Shown: in pieces, positions 1-9,299 of the stretch
Layout of the letters: each line of letters starts with the position of its first letter
How positions within the stretch are numbered: the first letter of the stretch is position 1
Assembly: GCA_017547705.1 (NCBI GenBank)
Contig: JAFYOZ010000104.1
Location: 1-44,408, forward strand
Source of the DNA: Oscillospiraceae bacterium
GTDB lineage: Bacteria; Bacillota; Clostridia; Oscillospirales; Ruminococcaceae
Length of the DNA: 44,408 nt
Direction of reading: 5' to 3'
Program-made: the position numbers and the translations under genes
Notes under the pieces: model-generated
Seen by the model: only the letters and a program-made list of their open reading frames with translations
What the model was told of the DNA's origin: nothing
Databases searched by the model: none

Positions 1-19
1 ATATTAACTGTTTTCCTCC

Positions 20-520
20 TTAACCGTAGATTTCTTCAACGGTTTTGCCGCGGATTGCTGCAACCTGCTCCGCATCACGGAGAGAAAGCAGACCCTGCAT
101 GGTGGCAGAAACTACGTTGCAAGGATTGTTGGAGCGGAGGCATTTGGTACGAACATCGTGAATGCCTGCTGCTTCCATAACGGCACGAACTGCGCCGCCT
201 GCGATAACACCGGTACCTTTGGGAGCCGGTTTCATGAGAACTTCGCCAGCGCCGAATTTACCGATAACCTCGTGAGGAATGGTGGTTCCTTTGAGGGTAA
301 TGTGTTTAAGATTTTTCTTTGCGTCTTCAATACCTTTGCGGATTGCGTCCGGAACTTCGTTAGATTTGCCCATTCCGAAACCAATGGTTCCGTTCTGGTC
401 GCCAACTACTACGAGAGCGCTGAACTTCATAACACGTCCGCCTTTGACGGTTTTGGATACGCGGTTTATTGCTACGACCTTTTCAACAAGATCGAGTTTA
501 GAAGCATCGATTAAAGCCAT
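20..520 (-). CDS. rpsE: 30S ribosomal protein S5
   Basis: 166-aa ORF ([29 protein letters not shown]...) matches the S5 family along its length. It follows L18 in spc order. A GGAGG at 15-19 (minus) just downstream would serve the next gene, expected to be L30. Confidence 0.97.
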   Translation of the reverse strand: MALIDASKLDLVEKVVAINRVSKTVKGGRVMKFSALVVVGDQNGTIGFGMGKSNEVPDAIRKGIEDAKKNLKHITLKGTTIPHEVIGKFGAGEVLMKPAPKGTGVIAGGAVRAVMEAAGIHDVRTKCLRSNNPCNVVSATMQGLLSLRDAEQVAAIRGKTVEEIYG

Positions 521-534
521 CTGTATCCTCCTTC

Positions 535-894
535 TTAGAATTGAAGTCCACCCTCGCGGGCACCTTCTGCAAGTTCTTTAACACGTCCGTGATAAAGGTA
601 ACCACTTCTGTCAAATACAACACAAGTGATGCCTTTTTCGATAGCTCTCTGAGCTACGAGTTTGCCGATCTCTTTTGCTGCTTCTTTGTTGCCGCCGTAG
701 TTCTCGAAAGATTTCTCGGTGGTGGAAGCTGCTGCGAGGGTAACTCCGTTTACGTCATCAATAATCTGAGCGTAGATGTGTTTAGCGGAGCGGAAAACAT
801 TAAGACGCGGTCTTTCAGCGGTTCCGCTGATTTTGTTTCTTACGCGGTAGTGTCTTTTAACACGTGCAGCGTTTTTATCAGCTTTAGATACCAT
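535..894 (-). CDS. rplR: 50S ribosomal protein L18
   Basis: 119-aa ORF ([36 protein letters not shown]...) is typical of L18. It lies between L6 and S5. Confidence 0.97.
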   Translation of the reverse strand: MVSKADKNAARVKRHYRVRNKISGTAERPRLNVFRSAKHIYAQIIDDVNGVTLAAASTTEKSFENYGGNKEAAKEIGKLVAQRAIEKGITCVVFDRSGYLYHGRVKELAEGAREGGLQF

Positions 895-910
895 GTTTTT
901 TCACTCCTTC

Positions 911-1456
911 TTATTTTTTACCTTTACCGGCTTTACCTTCCTTACGGATGATGGTTTCGCCGACATATTTGATACCTTTGCCTTTATAGGGCTCCGGAGG
1001 ACGTTTTTCTCTGATCTCTGCTGCGATCTGACCAACAACCTGTTTGTCAGCGCCTTTAACAATAACTTTGTTAAGTGCAGGAACGTCGAAGGTTACACCA
1101 TCTCTTTCAGGGATGATGACCTGGTGGGAATAACCAAGGTTCATAACAAGGTTGGTTCCCTCTTTAACTGCTTTATAACCAACACCGTTGATTTCAAGCT
1201 CTTTGGTAAAACCAGTGGAAACACCGGTTACCATGTTAGATACAAGGGTTCTGGTAAGACCATGAAGGCTTCTCATTTCCTTAGTATCGTCAGGGCGGGA
1301 CACGATGATCTCGCCGTTTTCGACTGCGATGTTAATCTCAGGTCGAAAGCTCTTTTTAAGGGCGCCGTTCTGGCCCTTTACCTCAACAACGTTGCCGTCA
1401 ATAACAACTTCAACGCCAGCCGGTATTGCAATCGGTTTTCTGCCGATACGAGACAT
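911..1456 (-). CDS. rplF: 50S ribosomal protein L6
   Basis: 181-aa ORF (MSRIGRKPIAIPAGVEV...) has the L6 signature N-terminus and the expected spc position. Confidence 0.97.
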   Translation of the reverse strand: MSRIGRKPIAIPAGVEVVIDGNVVEVKGQNGALKKSFRPEINIAVENGEIIVSRPDDTKEMRSLHGLTRTLVSNMVTGVSTGFTKELEINGVGYKAVKEGTNLVMNLGYSHQVIIPERDGVTFDVPALNKVIVKGADKQVVGQIAAEIREKRPPEPYKGKGIKYVGETIIRKEGKAGKGKK

Positions 1457-1472
1457 TCAGTTTCCCTCCTTC

Positions 1473-1871
1473 TTACCAAATGAACGCAAGGACTTCGCCG
1501 CCAACGTTCTCTTTACGTGCCTGTTTATCGGTCATGATTCCTTTATTGGTGGAAAGAATTGCGATACCAAGGCCTTTAAGAACTTTGGGCATTTCCTCAA
1601 CGTTAGTGTAAATGCGCAGGCCGGGTTTAGAAACCCTGCGAAGGCCTGTGATTACCGGGGTTTTATTTGCGCCGTATTTAAGCGTGATGTGGATGATTCC
1701 CTGTTTTCCATCTTCAATTACCTGGTAACCTTTGATGTAACCTTCATCGAGAAGGATCTGGGTAATTGCTTTTTTCATGTTAGAAGCGGGAACATCGACG
1801 GTATCATGCTTAGCGGAATTCGCGTTTCTGATGCGGGTCAGCAAGTCAGCGACTGTATCGGTGATATGCAT
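1473..1871 (-). CDS. rpsH: 30S ribosomal protein S8
   Basis: 132-aa ORF ([17 protein letters not shown]...) carries the conserved S8 N-terminal motif. Confidence 0.97.
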   Translation of the reverse strand: MHITDTVADLLTRIRNANSAKHDTVDVPASNMKKAITQILLDEGYIKGYQVIEDGKQGIIHITLKYGANKTPVITGLRRVSKPGLRIYTNVEEMPKVLKGLGIAILSTNKGIMTDKQARKENVGGEVLAFIW

Positions 1872-1899
1872 TCCTCAAACCTCCTTTGTTCTCTATAAG

Positions 1900-2085
1900 T
1901 TACCAGCTTGCCTTCTTTACGCCAGGGATCTCACCTTTGTAAGCAAGTTCTCTGAAGCAGATACGGCAAATACCAAATTTGCGAAGATAGGCGTGGGGTC
2001 TGCCACAGATTTTGCAGCGAGTATAAGCTCTGGTGGAGAACTTAGGCTCTGCTTTCTGTTTGACCTTCATAGACGTTTTTGCCAT
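1900..2085 (-). CDS. rpsZ: 30S ribosomal protein S14 type Z (zinc-binding)
   Basis: 61-aa ORF with CxxC...CxxC (CKICGRP...CRICFRE). It lies between L5 and S8, as in Firmicutes. Confidence 0.96.
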   Translation of the reverse strand: MAKTSMKVKQKAEPKFSTRAYTRCKICGRPHAYLRKFGICRICFRELAYKGEIPGVKKASW

Positions 2086-2103
2086 GTTTTATATCCTCCT
2101 ATC

Positions 2104-2643
2104 TTACTTTTCAAACGGAGCGCCCATAAGAGTGAGCAGCTCGCGAGCTTCTTCATCGGTCTGTGCAGTGGTGATGAAGCAGATGTTCATACCACGAAGT
2201 TTTTCGATTTTATCATAGTCGATCTCCGGGAAGATCAGCTGTTCTTTAAGACCAAGGCTGTAGTTGCCGCGTCCGTCGAAAGCGTTAGGATTGATACCAC
2301 GGAAGTCTCTTACTCGCGGAAGTGCGATGTTGAAGAGTCTGTCCATGAATTCGTACATTTTAGCACCACGAAGGGTTACTTTTGCACCGATTACCATTCC
2401 TTCACGGAGTTTGAAGTTTGCTACGGATTTTTTAGCTTTGCAGGTGATTGCTTTCTGACCGGTGATAGCACCAAGGTCTTTAAGAATAGCATCCATTGCT
2501 TTGGAGTTATCTTTGCAATCGCCAGCGCCAACGTTCACAACGATCTTATCGAGTTTCGGGATCTGCATGACGCTTTTGTATTCAAACTTCTTCATAAGAG
2601 CAGGTGCTACATCGCTTTTGTAGTACTCACTAAGTCTAGTCAT
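2104..2643 (-). CDS. rplE: 50S ribosomal protein L5
   Basis: 179-aa ORF with L5 family sequence (…[14 protein letters not shown]…) and the expected spc order. Confidence 0.97.
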   Translation of the reverse strand: MTRLSEYYKSDVAPALMKKFEYKSVMQIPKLDKIVVNVGAGDCKDNSKAMDAILKDLGAITGQKAITCKAKKSVANFKLREGMVIGAKVTLRGAKMYEFMDRLFNIALPRVRDFRGINPNAFDGRGNYSLGLKEQLIFPEIDYDKIEKLRGMNICFITTAQTDEEARELLTLMGAPFEK

Positions 2644-2659
2644 GTGTTTTCCTCCTTAC

Positions 2660-2977
2660 TCAAAAAGTTTCGCCGCATTTCTTGCAAAGACGTTTTTTGG
2701 TTCCGTCAGCAAGAACTTTGTGGGCAAGTCTAGTTGCTTTGCCGCATTTGGGGCAAACAAGCATCACTTTGCAGGCATAGATAGCAGTTTCAACCTGAAG
2801 AAGTCCACCCTGCTCACCCATTCTTCTGGGTTTTGCATGTTTGGTTGCAATGTTGCATCCTTCGACAATTACTTTGCCTTCGGAAGGGCTTACTTCAAGT
2901 ACCTTGCCTTCTTTGCCTTTATCTCTACCGGAGATGATGATGACTTTGTCGCCGGTTTTTACGTGTACTTTATTCAT
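2660..2977 (-). CDS. rplX: 50S ribosomal protein L24 (Cys-containing form)
   Basis: KOW motif (GDKVIIISGRDKGKEGKV). Start set at ATG 2975-2977, 9 nt after AGGAGG; the TTG at 2981-2983 used by the ORF track is too close to the RBS. The C-terminus has CPKCG...CKKCGE. Confidence 0.95.
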   Translation of the reverse strand: MNKVHVKTGDKVIIISGRDKGKEGKVLEVSPSEGKVIVEGCNIATKHAKPRRMGEQGGLLQVETAIYACKVMLVCPKCGKATRLAHKVLADGTKKRLCKKCGETF

Positions 2978-2994
2978 CGTCAATTTCCTCCTTC

Positions 2995-3363
2995 TTAGAG
3001 AACTTCGGGCGCAAGGCTCAGGATTTTAAGGTATTCTTTTTCACGGAGCTCACGAGCTACCGGTCCAAAGATACGGGTTCCACGCGGGTTTTTGTCTTCT
3101 TTGATGATGACTGCTGCGTTTTCGTCGAAACGAATGTAGCTGCCGTCATCACGACGGAGACCTTTGGCCGAGCGGACGATAACAGCTTTGACAACATCGC
3201 CTTTTTTAACCATGCCGCCCGGAGCTGCTTTTTTAACACTGGCTACGATTACGTCGCCGATGTTAGCATATTTTCTTCTGGTACCGCCGAGAACACGGAT
3301 GCACTGAAGTTCTTTTGCACCGGTGTTATCAGCAACCTTCAGATGAGATTGCATCTGTATCAC
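2995..3363 (-). CDS. rplN: 50S ribosomal protein L14
   Basis: 122-aa ORF ([19 protein letters not shown]...) has the canonical L14 N-terminus. Confidence 0.97.
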   Translation of the reverse strand: MIQMQSHLKVADNTGAKELQCIRVLGGTRRKYANIGDVIVASVKKAAPGGMVKKGDVVKAVIVRSAKGLRRDDGSYIRFDENAAVIIKEDKNPRGTRIFGPVARELREKEYLKILSLAPEVL

Positions 3364-3395
3364 AGATTATTTCCTCCTTTCCGTCCGACTCGTAA

Positions 3396-3656
3396 TTATT
3401 TGGCCTTTTCGATAATCTCGGAAACTCTCCAACGTTTGTCTTTAGACAAAGGTCTGGTTTCCATGATTTCTACACGGTCGCCGATTCCGCATTCGTTATT
3501 TTCGTCATGCGCTTTGAATCTTACGGTTCTCTTAATAATCTTTTTATAAAGGGGGTGCTGAACACGGTCTTCTACTTTAACAACAACGGTTTTGTCCATT
3601 TTGTCGCTAACTACGATACCGACTCTGGTTTTTCTAAGATTTCTTTCTTCGTTCAT
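3396..3656 (-). CDS. rpsQ: 30S ribosomal protein S17
   Basis: 86-aa ORF (…[19 protein letters not shown]…) is the last gene of the S10 block. Confidence 0.96.
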   Translation of the reverse strand: MNEERNLRKTRVGIVVSDKMDKTVVVKVEDRVQHPLYKKIIKRTVRFKAHDENNECGIGDRVEIMETRPLSKDKRWRVSEIIEKAK

Positions 3657-3674
3657 GCTTTATCCTCCCTTCAA

Positions 3675-3875
3675 TTACTGCTCTGCCTTAAGCTCGAGTT
3701 CACGAAGAGCGGTTTTAACTCTTGCGATGTCTTTTCTGACTTCAACAAGTCTCATCGGATTTTCAAGCTGGTTAATGGCGTGCTGGAATCTCAGGTTGAA
3801 AAGCTCGGCTTTGAGCTCAGAAAGTTTCTTTTCAAGGTCTGCTTTATTCATTACACGAACCTGTGCTGCTTTCAT
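3675..3875 (-). CDS. rpmC: 50S ribosomal protein L29
   Basis: 66-aa helical ORF (…[16 protein letters not shown]…). It has a 4-nt ATGA overlap with rplP. Confidence 0.96.
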   Translation of the reverse strand: MKAAQVRVMNKADLEKKLSELKAELFNLRFQHAINQLENPMRLVEVRKDIARVKTALRELELKAEQ

Positions 3876-4300
3876 TGCTCGTCAACCCCCTTTTCTTCCC
3901 TTTTTACGAATTTACATTTGATAGGAAGCTTGTGGGAAGCAAGTCTCATTGCTTCTCTTGCAAGCTCTTCGGATACTCCGCCGATTTCGAACATTACGCG
4001 GCCGGGTTTAACTACAGCTGCCCAATATTCAGGAGCACCTTTACCGGAACCCATTCGAGTTTCTGCAGGTTTTGCAGTGATGGGTTTATCCGGGAATACT
4101 TTAATCCAAACCTGACCGCCACGTTTGATGTAACGGGTCATAGCGATACGAGCTGCCTCGATCTGGTTTGCTTTGAGCCAGCAGGGCTCAAGAGCCATAA
4201 GGCCGAAATCGCCGTTGGAAACGAAATTACCTCTATGTGCAGCGCCTTTCATGCGGCCTCTCTGAACACGACGGTATTTAACTCTCTTCGGAAGAAGCAT
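3872..4300 (-). CDS. rplP: 50S ribosomal protein L16
   Basis: 142-aa ORF ([19 protein letters not shown]...) has the L16 signature. Confidence 0.97.
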   Translation of the reverse strand: MLLPKRVKYRRVQRGRMKGAAHRGNFVSNGDFGLMALEPCWLKANQIEAARIAMTRYIKRGGQVWIKVFPDKPITAKPAETRMGSGKGAPEYWAAVVKPGRVMFEIGGVSEELAREAMRLASHKLPIKCKFVKREEKGVDEQ

Positions 4301-4992
4301 TATTTACGACCTCCTTCTTTGCGAGAGGGCTGTTTCTTTACGTCGTTAAGAACGTCACCGTTGTAGATCCAAACTTTTACACCGATACGACCGTAGGTGG
4401 TTGCTGCTTCTGCAAAACCGTAGTCGATGTCAGCACGAATGGTCTGAAGCGGAATGGTGCCCTCATGATAGCATTCGCTGCCGGCGATCTCTCTACCACC
4501 GAGACGACCGGAGCACTGTACTTTGATACCTTTAACGCCGAGTTTCATTGCACGTCCGATGGACTGTTTCATAGCGCGGCGGAAGGAAATTCTGCGTTCG
4601 AGCTGTGCTGCAATGTTTTCTGCAACAAGCTGTGCGTCTTTATCAGGCTGTTTAACTTCAACAATGTTGAGGAAAACCTGAACTTTTTCTTCTTTGCCTT
4701 TGTTGAGCATCTGCTCGCATTCAAGGCGAAGTTTTTCGATTTCAGAACCCTGACGGCCAATTACCATACCGGGTTTTGCACAATGAATGTGGATTCTCAC
4801 TTTGCTGTCGCCGGTGCGTTCGATTTCTACTTTCGGAACGCCTGCGCCGTAAAGTTTGTTTTTGAGGAATTTACGAAGGTTGTAATCCTCAACAAGAGTG
4901 TCGCCGAAGACAGAGTCCTTGGCAAACCAGCGGGAATCCCAATTTTTAATTACACCAACACGGAGACCGTGGGGATTAACTTTCTGTCCCAT
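4300..4992 (-). CDS. rpsC: 30S ribosomal protein S3
   Basis: 230-aa ORF ([24 protein letters not shown]...) has the KH and S3-C domain pattern. Confidence 0.97.
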   Translation of the reverse strand: MGQKVNPHGLRVGVIKNWDSRWFAKDSVFGDTLVEDYNLRKFLKNKLYGAGVPKVEIERTGDSKVRIHIHCAKPGMVIGRQGSEIEKLRLECEQMLNKGKEEKVQVFLNIVEVKQPDKDAQLVAENIAAQLERRISFRRAMKQSIGRAMKLGVKGIKVQCSGRLGGREIAGSECYHEGTIPLQTIRADIDYGFAEAATTYGRIGVKVWIYNGDVLNDVKKQPSRKEGGRK

Positions 4993-5007
4993 TAATTTAC
5001 CTCCTAC

Positions 5008-5343
5008 TTAGTCTTTTTCTCTGAGAACCAGGGTGATATGAGAAGATCTCTTAAGGATACGGAATGCTTTACCGTGATCCATAGGCTGAATTCGTTTCAT
5101 CGTCGGGCCGGGAGTTACGAAGCATTCTGCAATGTACATGTTGTCTTTGCTCATGCCGTGGTTGTTCTCTCCGTTGGCGATAGCCGATTTCAGGAGCTTC
5201 TCGAGCGGCTCGCAGGCCGCTTTGGGGGTGTGTTTAAGCACTGCCATTGCGTAATCTACAGGTTTGTTTCTGATAAGATCGAGAACAATCTGTACTTTAC
5301 GAGGCGAGATGCGGGCATATCTCAATATAGCCCTTGCTTCCAT
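5008..5343 (-). CDS. rplV: 50S ribosomal protein L22
   Basis: 111-aa ORF (MEARAILRYARISPRKVQIVLDLIRNKPV...). Confidence 0.97.
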   Translation of the reverse strand: MEARAILRYARISPRKVQIVLDLIRNKPVDYAMAVLKHTPKAACEPLEKLLKSAIANGENNHGMSKDNMYIAECFVTPGPTMKRIQPMDHGKAFRILKRSSHITLVLREKD

Positions 5344-5363
5344 GTGAAATCCTCCTCTCGGCC

Positions 5364-5645
5364 TTATTTACCGTTGTTAGTTTTTTTAGAACCAGCGTGA
5401 CCTCTGAAAGTTCTGGTGGGAGCAAACTCACCGAGTTTGTGACCAACCATATCTTCGGTTACATATACCGGAACATGTTTACGTCCATCGTGAACCGCAA
5501 AGGTGTGTCCTACGAAATCCGGGAAGATCGTGGACGAACGGCTCCAAGTTTTAAGAACTCTTTTTTCGCCAGCTTTGTTCATCTCGCGTACTCTTGCAAG
5601 AAGAACGGGCTGAACAAACGGTCCTTTTTTAATACTTCTGCTCAT
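5364..5645 (-). CDS. rpsS: 30S ribosomal protein S19
   Basis: 93-aa ORF ([11 protein letters not shown]...[17 protein letters not shown]). Confidence 0.97.
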   Translation of the reverse strand: MSRSIKKGPFVQPVLLARVREMNKAGEKRVLKTWSRSSTIFPDFVGHTFAVHDGRKHVPVYVTEDMVGHKLGEFAPTRTFRGHAGSKKTNNGK

Positions 5646-5666
5646 TTCGTTTATCCTCCTTCTCGA

Positions 5667-6500
5667 TTATTTCGCGTTGCGGCGTCTTACGATAAATTTA
5701 TCGGAAGCCTTGTGTTTAGCTCTGGTTTTGTAACCAAGAGCAGGTTTGCCCCAAGGGGTTACAGGGCCCGGACGACCGATAGGAGATTTACCTTCACCAC
5801 CACCGTGAGGATGGTCGCAGGGGTTCATTACAGAACCGCGAACGGTAGGTCTCCAACCCATGTGACGCATACGACCTGCTTTACCGTAGGAAACGTTAGC
5901 GTGTTCTACGTTAGAAACCTGGCCGATGGTTGCGTAGCATCCTGCGGGAACGTTACGAAGTTCGCCACTGGGAAGACGGATAAGAGCATATTTGCCTTCT
6001 TTAGCCATGAGCTGTGCCATGGTACCTGCAGAACGAACAAGCTGTGCGCCTTTTCCGGGATAAAGCTCTACGTTGTGGATGAAAGTACCAACGGGGATGT
6101 TTGCAAGAGGAAGAGCGTTGCCTGCGATGATGTCTGCTTCCGGACCGGAAGTAACTTTGTCGCCGGGTCTCATTCCATGAGGAGCAACAATGTATCTCTT
6201 TTCGCCATCTTCATACTGAACAAGAGCGATGTGAGCGGAACGGTTGGGGTCGTACTCAAGAGTGAGAACGTCTGCCATCATTCCGGTTTTGTTACGTTTA
6301 AAGTCGATAATACGATATTTGGTTCTGTTACCGCCGCCACGATGACGAACAGTAATGCGGCCGTAGGAGTTACGACCGGAATGCTTCTTCATCGGTTCGA
6401 GAAGGCTGCGTTCCGGAGCTACCTTGGAAAGTCCAGAGTAATCGATAGTGGACATATCGCGACGACCGGGAGTAGTGGGGTTATAGAACTTAATTGCCAT
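5667..6500 (-). CDS. rplB: 50S ribosomal protein L2
   Basis: 277-aa ORF ([14 protein letters not shown]...[19 protein letters not shown]). Confidence 0.98.
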   Translation of the reverse strand: MAIKFYNPTTPGRRDMSTIDYSGLSKVAPERSLLEPMKKHSGRNSYGRITVRHRGGGNRTKYRIIDFKRNKTGMMADVLTLEYDPNRSAHIALVQYEDGEKRYIVAPHGMRPGDKVTSGPEADIIAGNALPLANIPVGTFIHNVELYPGKGAQLVRSAGTMAQLMAKEGKYALIRLPSGELRNVPAGCYATIGQVSNVEHANVSYGKAGRMRHMGWRPTVRGSVMNPCDHPHGGGEGKSPIGRPGPVTPWGKPALGYKTRAKHKASDKFIVRRRNAK

Positions 6501-6514
6501 TCAGTCCGTCCTCC

Positions 6515-6811
6515 TTACAGCATACTCTCGAAGAACTCAATGCCCTTAGAGTCAGCTTTAAGGGTTACGATTGCTTTCTTCCAGTCAGCGGTTTTGCCAT
6601 AGTGAAGGCCAACTCTTTTGTTGCGGCCTCTCATGTTGATGGTGTTAACTTTTGCAACTTTAACGCCGAAAAGTTCTTCAACAGCTTTGGCAATTTCCTG
6701 TTTGTTTACGTTTTTCATTACACGGAAAGTGTATTTCTTCTGGCTGATTGCAGTCATGGAAGCTTCGGTGATGACCGGAGCGATAACGATGTCATGTGCG
6801 GTCTTCATCAT
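6515..6811 (-). CDS. rplW: 50S ribosomal protein L23
   Basis: 98-aa ORF in the L23 position. It overlaps rplD by 4 nt. Confidence 0.95.
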   Translation of the reverse strand: MMKTAHDIVIAPVITEASMTAISQKKYTFRVMKNVNKQEIAKAVEELFGVKVAKVNTINMRGRNKRVGLHYGKTADWKKAIVTLKADSKGIEFFESML

Positions 6812-7434
6812 TTTGCATACACCTCCTCAAGTTTTGCAACAGCCTCTTTGGTGATAACAAGGTTATCATGGTTGAGGATGTCATATACGTTAATGGTGTT
6901 GGTAAGAGCGGTTCTTACGCCGGGGATGTTGTGTGCGGATTTGATAACGTTTTCGTTAACAGAGGGCATAACAACAAGGGTTTTACCATTCGCACCAATG
7001 TTTGCAAGGGTTTTTACCATTGCTTTGGTTTTGATTTCGTTGAGCTCAAGGTTCTCAAGAACGATCATCTCGCTTGCAGCAACTTTGCAGCTGAGTGCGG
7101 AGAGCATTGCAAGTCTGCGAACTTTCTTATTGAGAGTGAAACGATATTTTCTAGGTTTCGGGCCAAGAGCTACGCCACCGTGTGCCCACTGAGGAGCTCT
7201 GGTGGAACCCTGACGAGCGTGGCCAGTGCCTTTCTGTCTCCAGGGTTTTTTGCCGCCGCCGCGAACTTCGGTTCTGGTCTTAGTAGACTGAGTACCGTGA
7301 CGACGGTTAGCAAGATAGTTTACAACAGCTGCATGCATTGCAACAGTGTTCGGTTCAATACCGAAAACGGCTTCAGAGAGGGAAAGAGTACCGACTTCTT
7401 CGCCGTTCATGTTCAAAACTTTAACGTCTAACAT
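6808..7434 (-). CDS. rplD: 50S ribosomal protein L4
   Basis: 208-aa ORF (…RRHGTQSTKTRTEVRGGGKKPWRQKGTGHARQGS…) has the L4 signature. Confidence 0.97.
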   Translation of the reverse strand: MLDVKVLNMNGEEVGTLSLSEAVFGIEPNTVAMHAAVVNYLANRRHGTQSTKTRTEVRGGGKKPWRQKGTGHARQGSTRAPQWAHGGVALGPKPRKYRFTLNKKVRRLAMLSALSCKVAASEMIVLENLELNEIKTKAMVKTLANIGANGKTLVVMPSVNENVIKSAHNIPGVRTALTNTINVYDILNHDNLVITKEAVAKLEEVYAK

Positions 7435-7452
7435 GTATCTTTTCCTCCTTTA

Positions 7453-8148
7453 TCATTTACGTGCAGATGCTTTCTGCGGGTTCTTACTGATGGATACGGA
7501 AGTGTTTTTAACTTTCTGTTTCTTAACAGCAGCCATAACACTTACGATTGCGCCTTTAGGACCAGGAATTGCACCTTTGATAGCGATGAGATTGTTCTCA
7601 GCATCAATTTTAACAACTTCGAGGTTCTGAACAGTGGTGCGTTCGCAACCAAAATGTCCAGGGAGCTTGGTTCCTTTAACTACACGACCGGGGTCAGAGC
7701 AGTTACCCATGGAACCGATGTGGCGGCCTACAGGGCCGGTACCGTGGGTTGCTTTAAGGCTCTTGAAGCCGTAGCGTTTAATGGTACCTGCGTATCCGTG
7801 ACCTTTGCTCTTTGCGGTAACGTCAACTTTTTCGCCAACAACAAAAGCGTCTACTTTGATGAGGTCGCCAACGTTTACTGCGGAGCAGTCATCAAGTCTG
7901 AATTCGCGAAGATATTTCTTTGCAGCAACATCTGCTTTTGCGAAGTGACCTTTGAGGGGTTTGTTAAGATGTTTTTCAGTGATTTCGCCGTAGCCGATCT
8001 GTACAGATTCATATCCGTCGTTCTCAAGAGTTTTCTTCTGAGTAACAACGCAGGGGCCGGCTTCAACAACAGTTACAGGAATTACTTTTCCTGCCTGGTC
8101 AAAAAGCTGGGTCATACCAATCTTTTTGCCAATGATTGCCTTTTTCAT
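7453..8148 (-). CDS. rplC: 50S ribosomal protein L3
   Basis: 231-aa ORF (MKKAIIGKKIGMTQLF...), with AGGAGG 7 nt upstream. Confidence 0.97.
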   Translation of the reverse strand: MKKAIIGKKIGMTQLFDQAGKVIPVTVVEAGPCVVTQKKTLENDGYESVQIGYGEITEKHLNKPLKGHFAKADVAAKKYLREFRLDDCSAVNVGDLIKVDAFVVGEKVDVTAKSKGHGYAGTIKRYGFKSLKATHGTGPVGRHIGSMGNCSDPGRVVKGTKLPGHFGCERTTVQNLEVVKIDAENNLIAIKGAIPGPKGAIVSVMAAVKKQKVKNTSVSISKNPQKASARK

Positions 8149-8234
8149 TTTTCTGCCTCCTATTGGTTATTGGTCGGTTCCGCATCATTTTTGCGGATCG
8201 ACATGACCTGCATGGTCGAAGTAAATCAGGTTAA

Positions 8235-8546
8235 TTAGAACTTGATTTCGATTTCGACACCGGCAGGGAGCTCAAGACCGGTGAGAGCTTCAACAGTTTT
8301 GTTGGAAGGTCTCAGAATGTCGATGAGTCTTTTGTGGGTACGAAGTTCAAACTGCTCACGGCTGTCTTTGTATTTATGAACAGCGCGGAGAATGGTTACG
8401 ATCTCTCTTTCGGTGGGGAGCGGAATAGGACCGGAAACGCGAGCACCAGTGCGCTTTGCAGTTTCAACAATCTTTTCTGCTGCCTGATCGATAAGCTGAT
8501 GATCATAGCTCTTCAGTCTGATTCTGATTTTTTCTTTGACTGCCAC
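8235..8546 (-). CDS. rpsJ: 30S ribosomal protein S10
   Basis: S10 family sequence ([30 protein letters not shown]...). Start set at GTG 8544-8546, 8 nt after AAGGAGG. The upstream 21 codons of the listed ORF have no RBS and are not S10-like. Confidence 0.93.
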   Translation of the reverse strand: MAVKEKIRIRLKSYDHQLIDQAAEKIVETAKRTGARVSGPIPLPTEREIVTILRAVHKYKDSREQFELRTHKRLIDILRPSNKTVEALTGLELPAGVEIEIKF

Positions 8547-8942
8547 TAAAATCGCCTCCTTAATTGATTCCCAATGACACTGCATGGGGTGCGACCTTGT
8601 GAAACACATTCCACGCTCCCGTGTGTTTCATGTCTTCTCATTAAAAAACGGAAATCCCTCGCTTCTATTATTTATATATAATAGACGCAGGTATCTCCGG
8701 ACGCGCGCACCTATAGCTTTTTAAAGCTGCAGTACGCTTTAATAACAAGACCCGTCAAGCGCAGCTCATCACATACGCCGACACACATGGGTGTGCAGTA
8801 TTTCTTGTCGCCCGGTTTAAAATCGGACATACTCTGCGGAAATTACCTGTCACACAGACAGCAACCTCCCGCTTCATCGCATATCGTGCGGACGCCTCAC
8901 AAGTGATATGCTTGCATAGCATCCGCCTTGTTGCAGTCACGC
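8547..8942 (-). promoter_or_regulatory. Long structured 5' leader of the S10 operon (about 395 nt from proximal promoter P2)
   Basis: Distance from the P2 -10 box (8950-8955) to the rpsJ GTG. The stretch is GC-richer than other intergenic DNA. It contains a perfect 9-bp stem TGAAACACA/TGTGTTTCA (8600-8630) and the candidate attenuator listed separately. Confidence 0.5.
8643..8699 (-). terminator. Candidate leader attenuator (hairpin plus T6) about 100 nt upstream of rpsJ
   Basis: On the minus strand, CGGAGAT...ATTTCCG forms an outer stem of 7 bp including one G-U pair. An inner 8-bp stem is TCTATTAT/ATAATAGA. The structure is immediately followed by TTTTTT (8643-8648). Confidence 0.35.
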
Positions 8943-8949
8943 AATACAT

Positions 8950-8978
8950 ATTATATATTATGAAAGCCCTATTGTCAA
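8950..8978 (-). promoter_or_regulatory. Sigma-A type promoter P2 of the S10 operon
   Basis: Minus strand reads TTGACA (8973-8978), an exact 17-nt spacer, then TATAAT (8950-8955). An A-tract-rich UP-like sequence lies upstream (8979-9020). Confidence 0.65.
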
Positions 8979-9072
8979 GCTTTTTTTCGTGATTTTTCAA
9001 GATTTTTTTAAATTTTTTTCGTTAGTTTTGACTAACGTTTTGTATATCAACTAATCCGTGTGTTTCATACAT

Positions 9073-9101
9073 ATTATACAGCAAAATGACCAAAAAATCA
9101 A
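9073..9101 (-). promoter_or_regulatory. Sigma-A type promoter P1 (distal, tandem with P2)
   Basis: Minus strand reads TTGATT (9096-9101), a 17-nt spacer, then TATAAT (9073-9078). Confidence 0.5.
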
Positions 9102-9299
9102 GCATAAATTCTCCGTTTTGCCTGTTATTTTCAATAAACCCTCCCCGGTGTTCCAAAGAAATACATAAAAGCAAAAAAGAAACACCCGGCTCTGCGGACG
9201 AATTATTTTACCATGCTAAAACGCTGAAATTTCCGGTTTCCTTTTTATATATATAATAATGTATATATATTATATATAAAGCCTCCCCCCTATTGTAGC

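Noticed and set aside
5334-6602. Very long plus-strand ORFs antisense to minus-strand genes. Examples are 5334-6602, 13449-14966, 20787-22526, 23948-25579, 38090-39667, 39705-41078 and 43031-44359.
   Set aside because: They mirror well-supported genes on the opposite strand and lack RBSs. Their translations are low-complexity and rich in Phe, Cys, Asn and Ser. They are explained by the codon bias of the real genes suppressing stop codons in the antisense frame.
8755-9000. 81-aa Cys-rich ORF inside the S10 upstream region.
   Set aside because: It has no RBS. Its start lies upstream of the proximal promoter P2, and it runs through the structured leader. The composition looks like translated non-coding RNA.
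9246-9281. 36-nt AT-only near-palindromic tract (TATATATATAATAATGTATATATATTATATATAAA), considered as a DNA-unwinding element or origin.
   Set aside because: There are no DnaA-box clusters (TTATCCACA) nearby and no dnaA/dnaN context. Similar TATATAAT-rich tracts occur in several other spacers and are more simply promoter-like or AT-rich spacer DNA.
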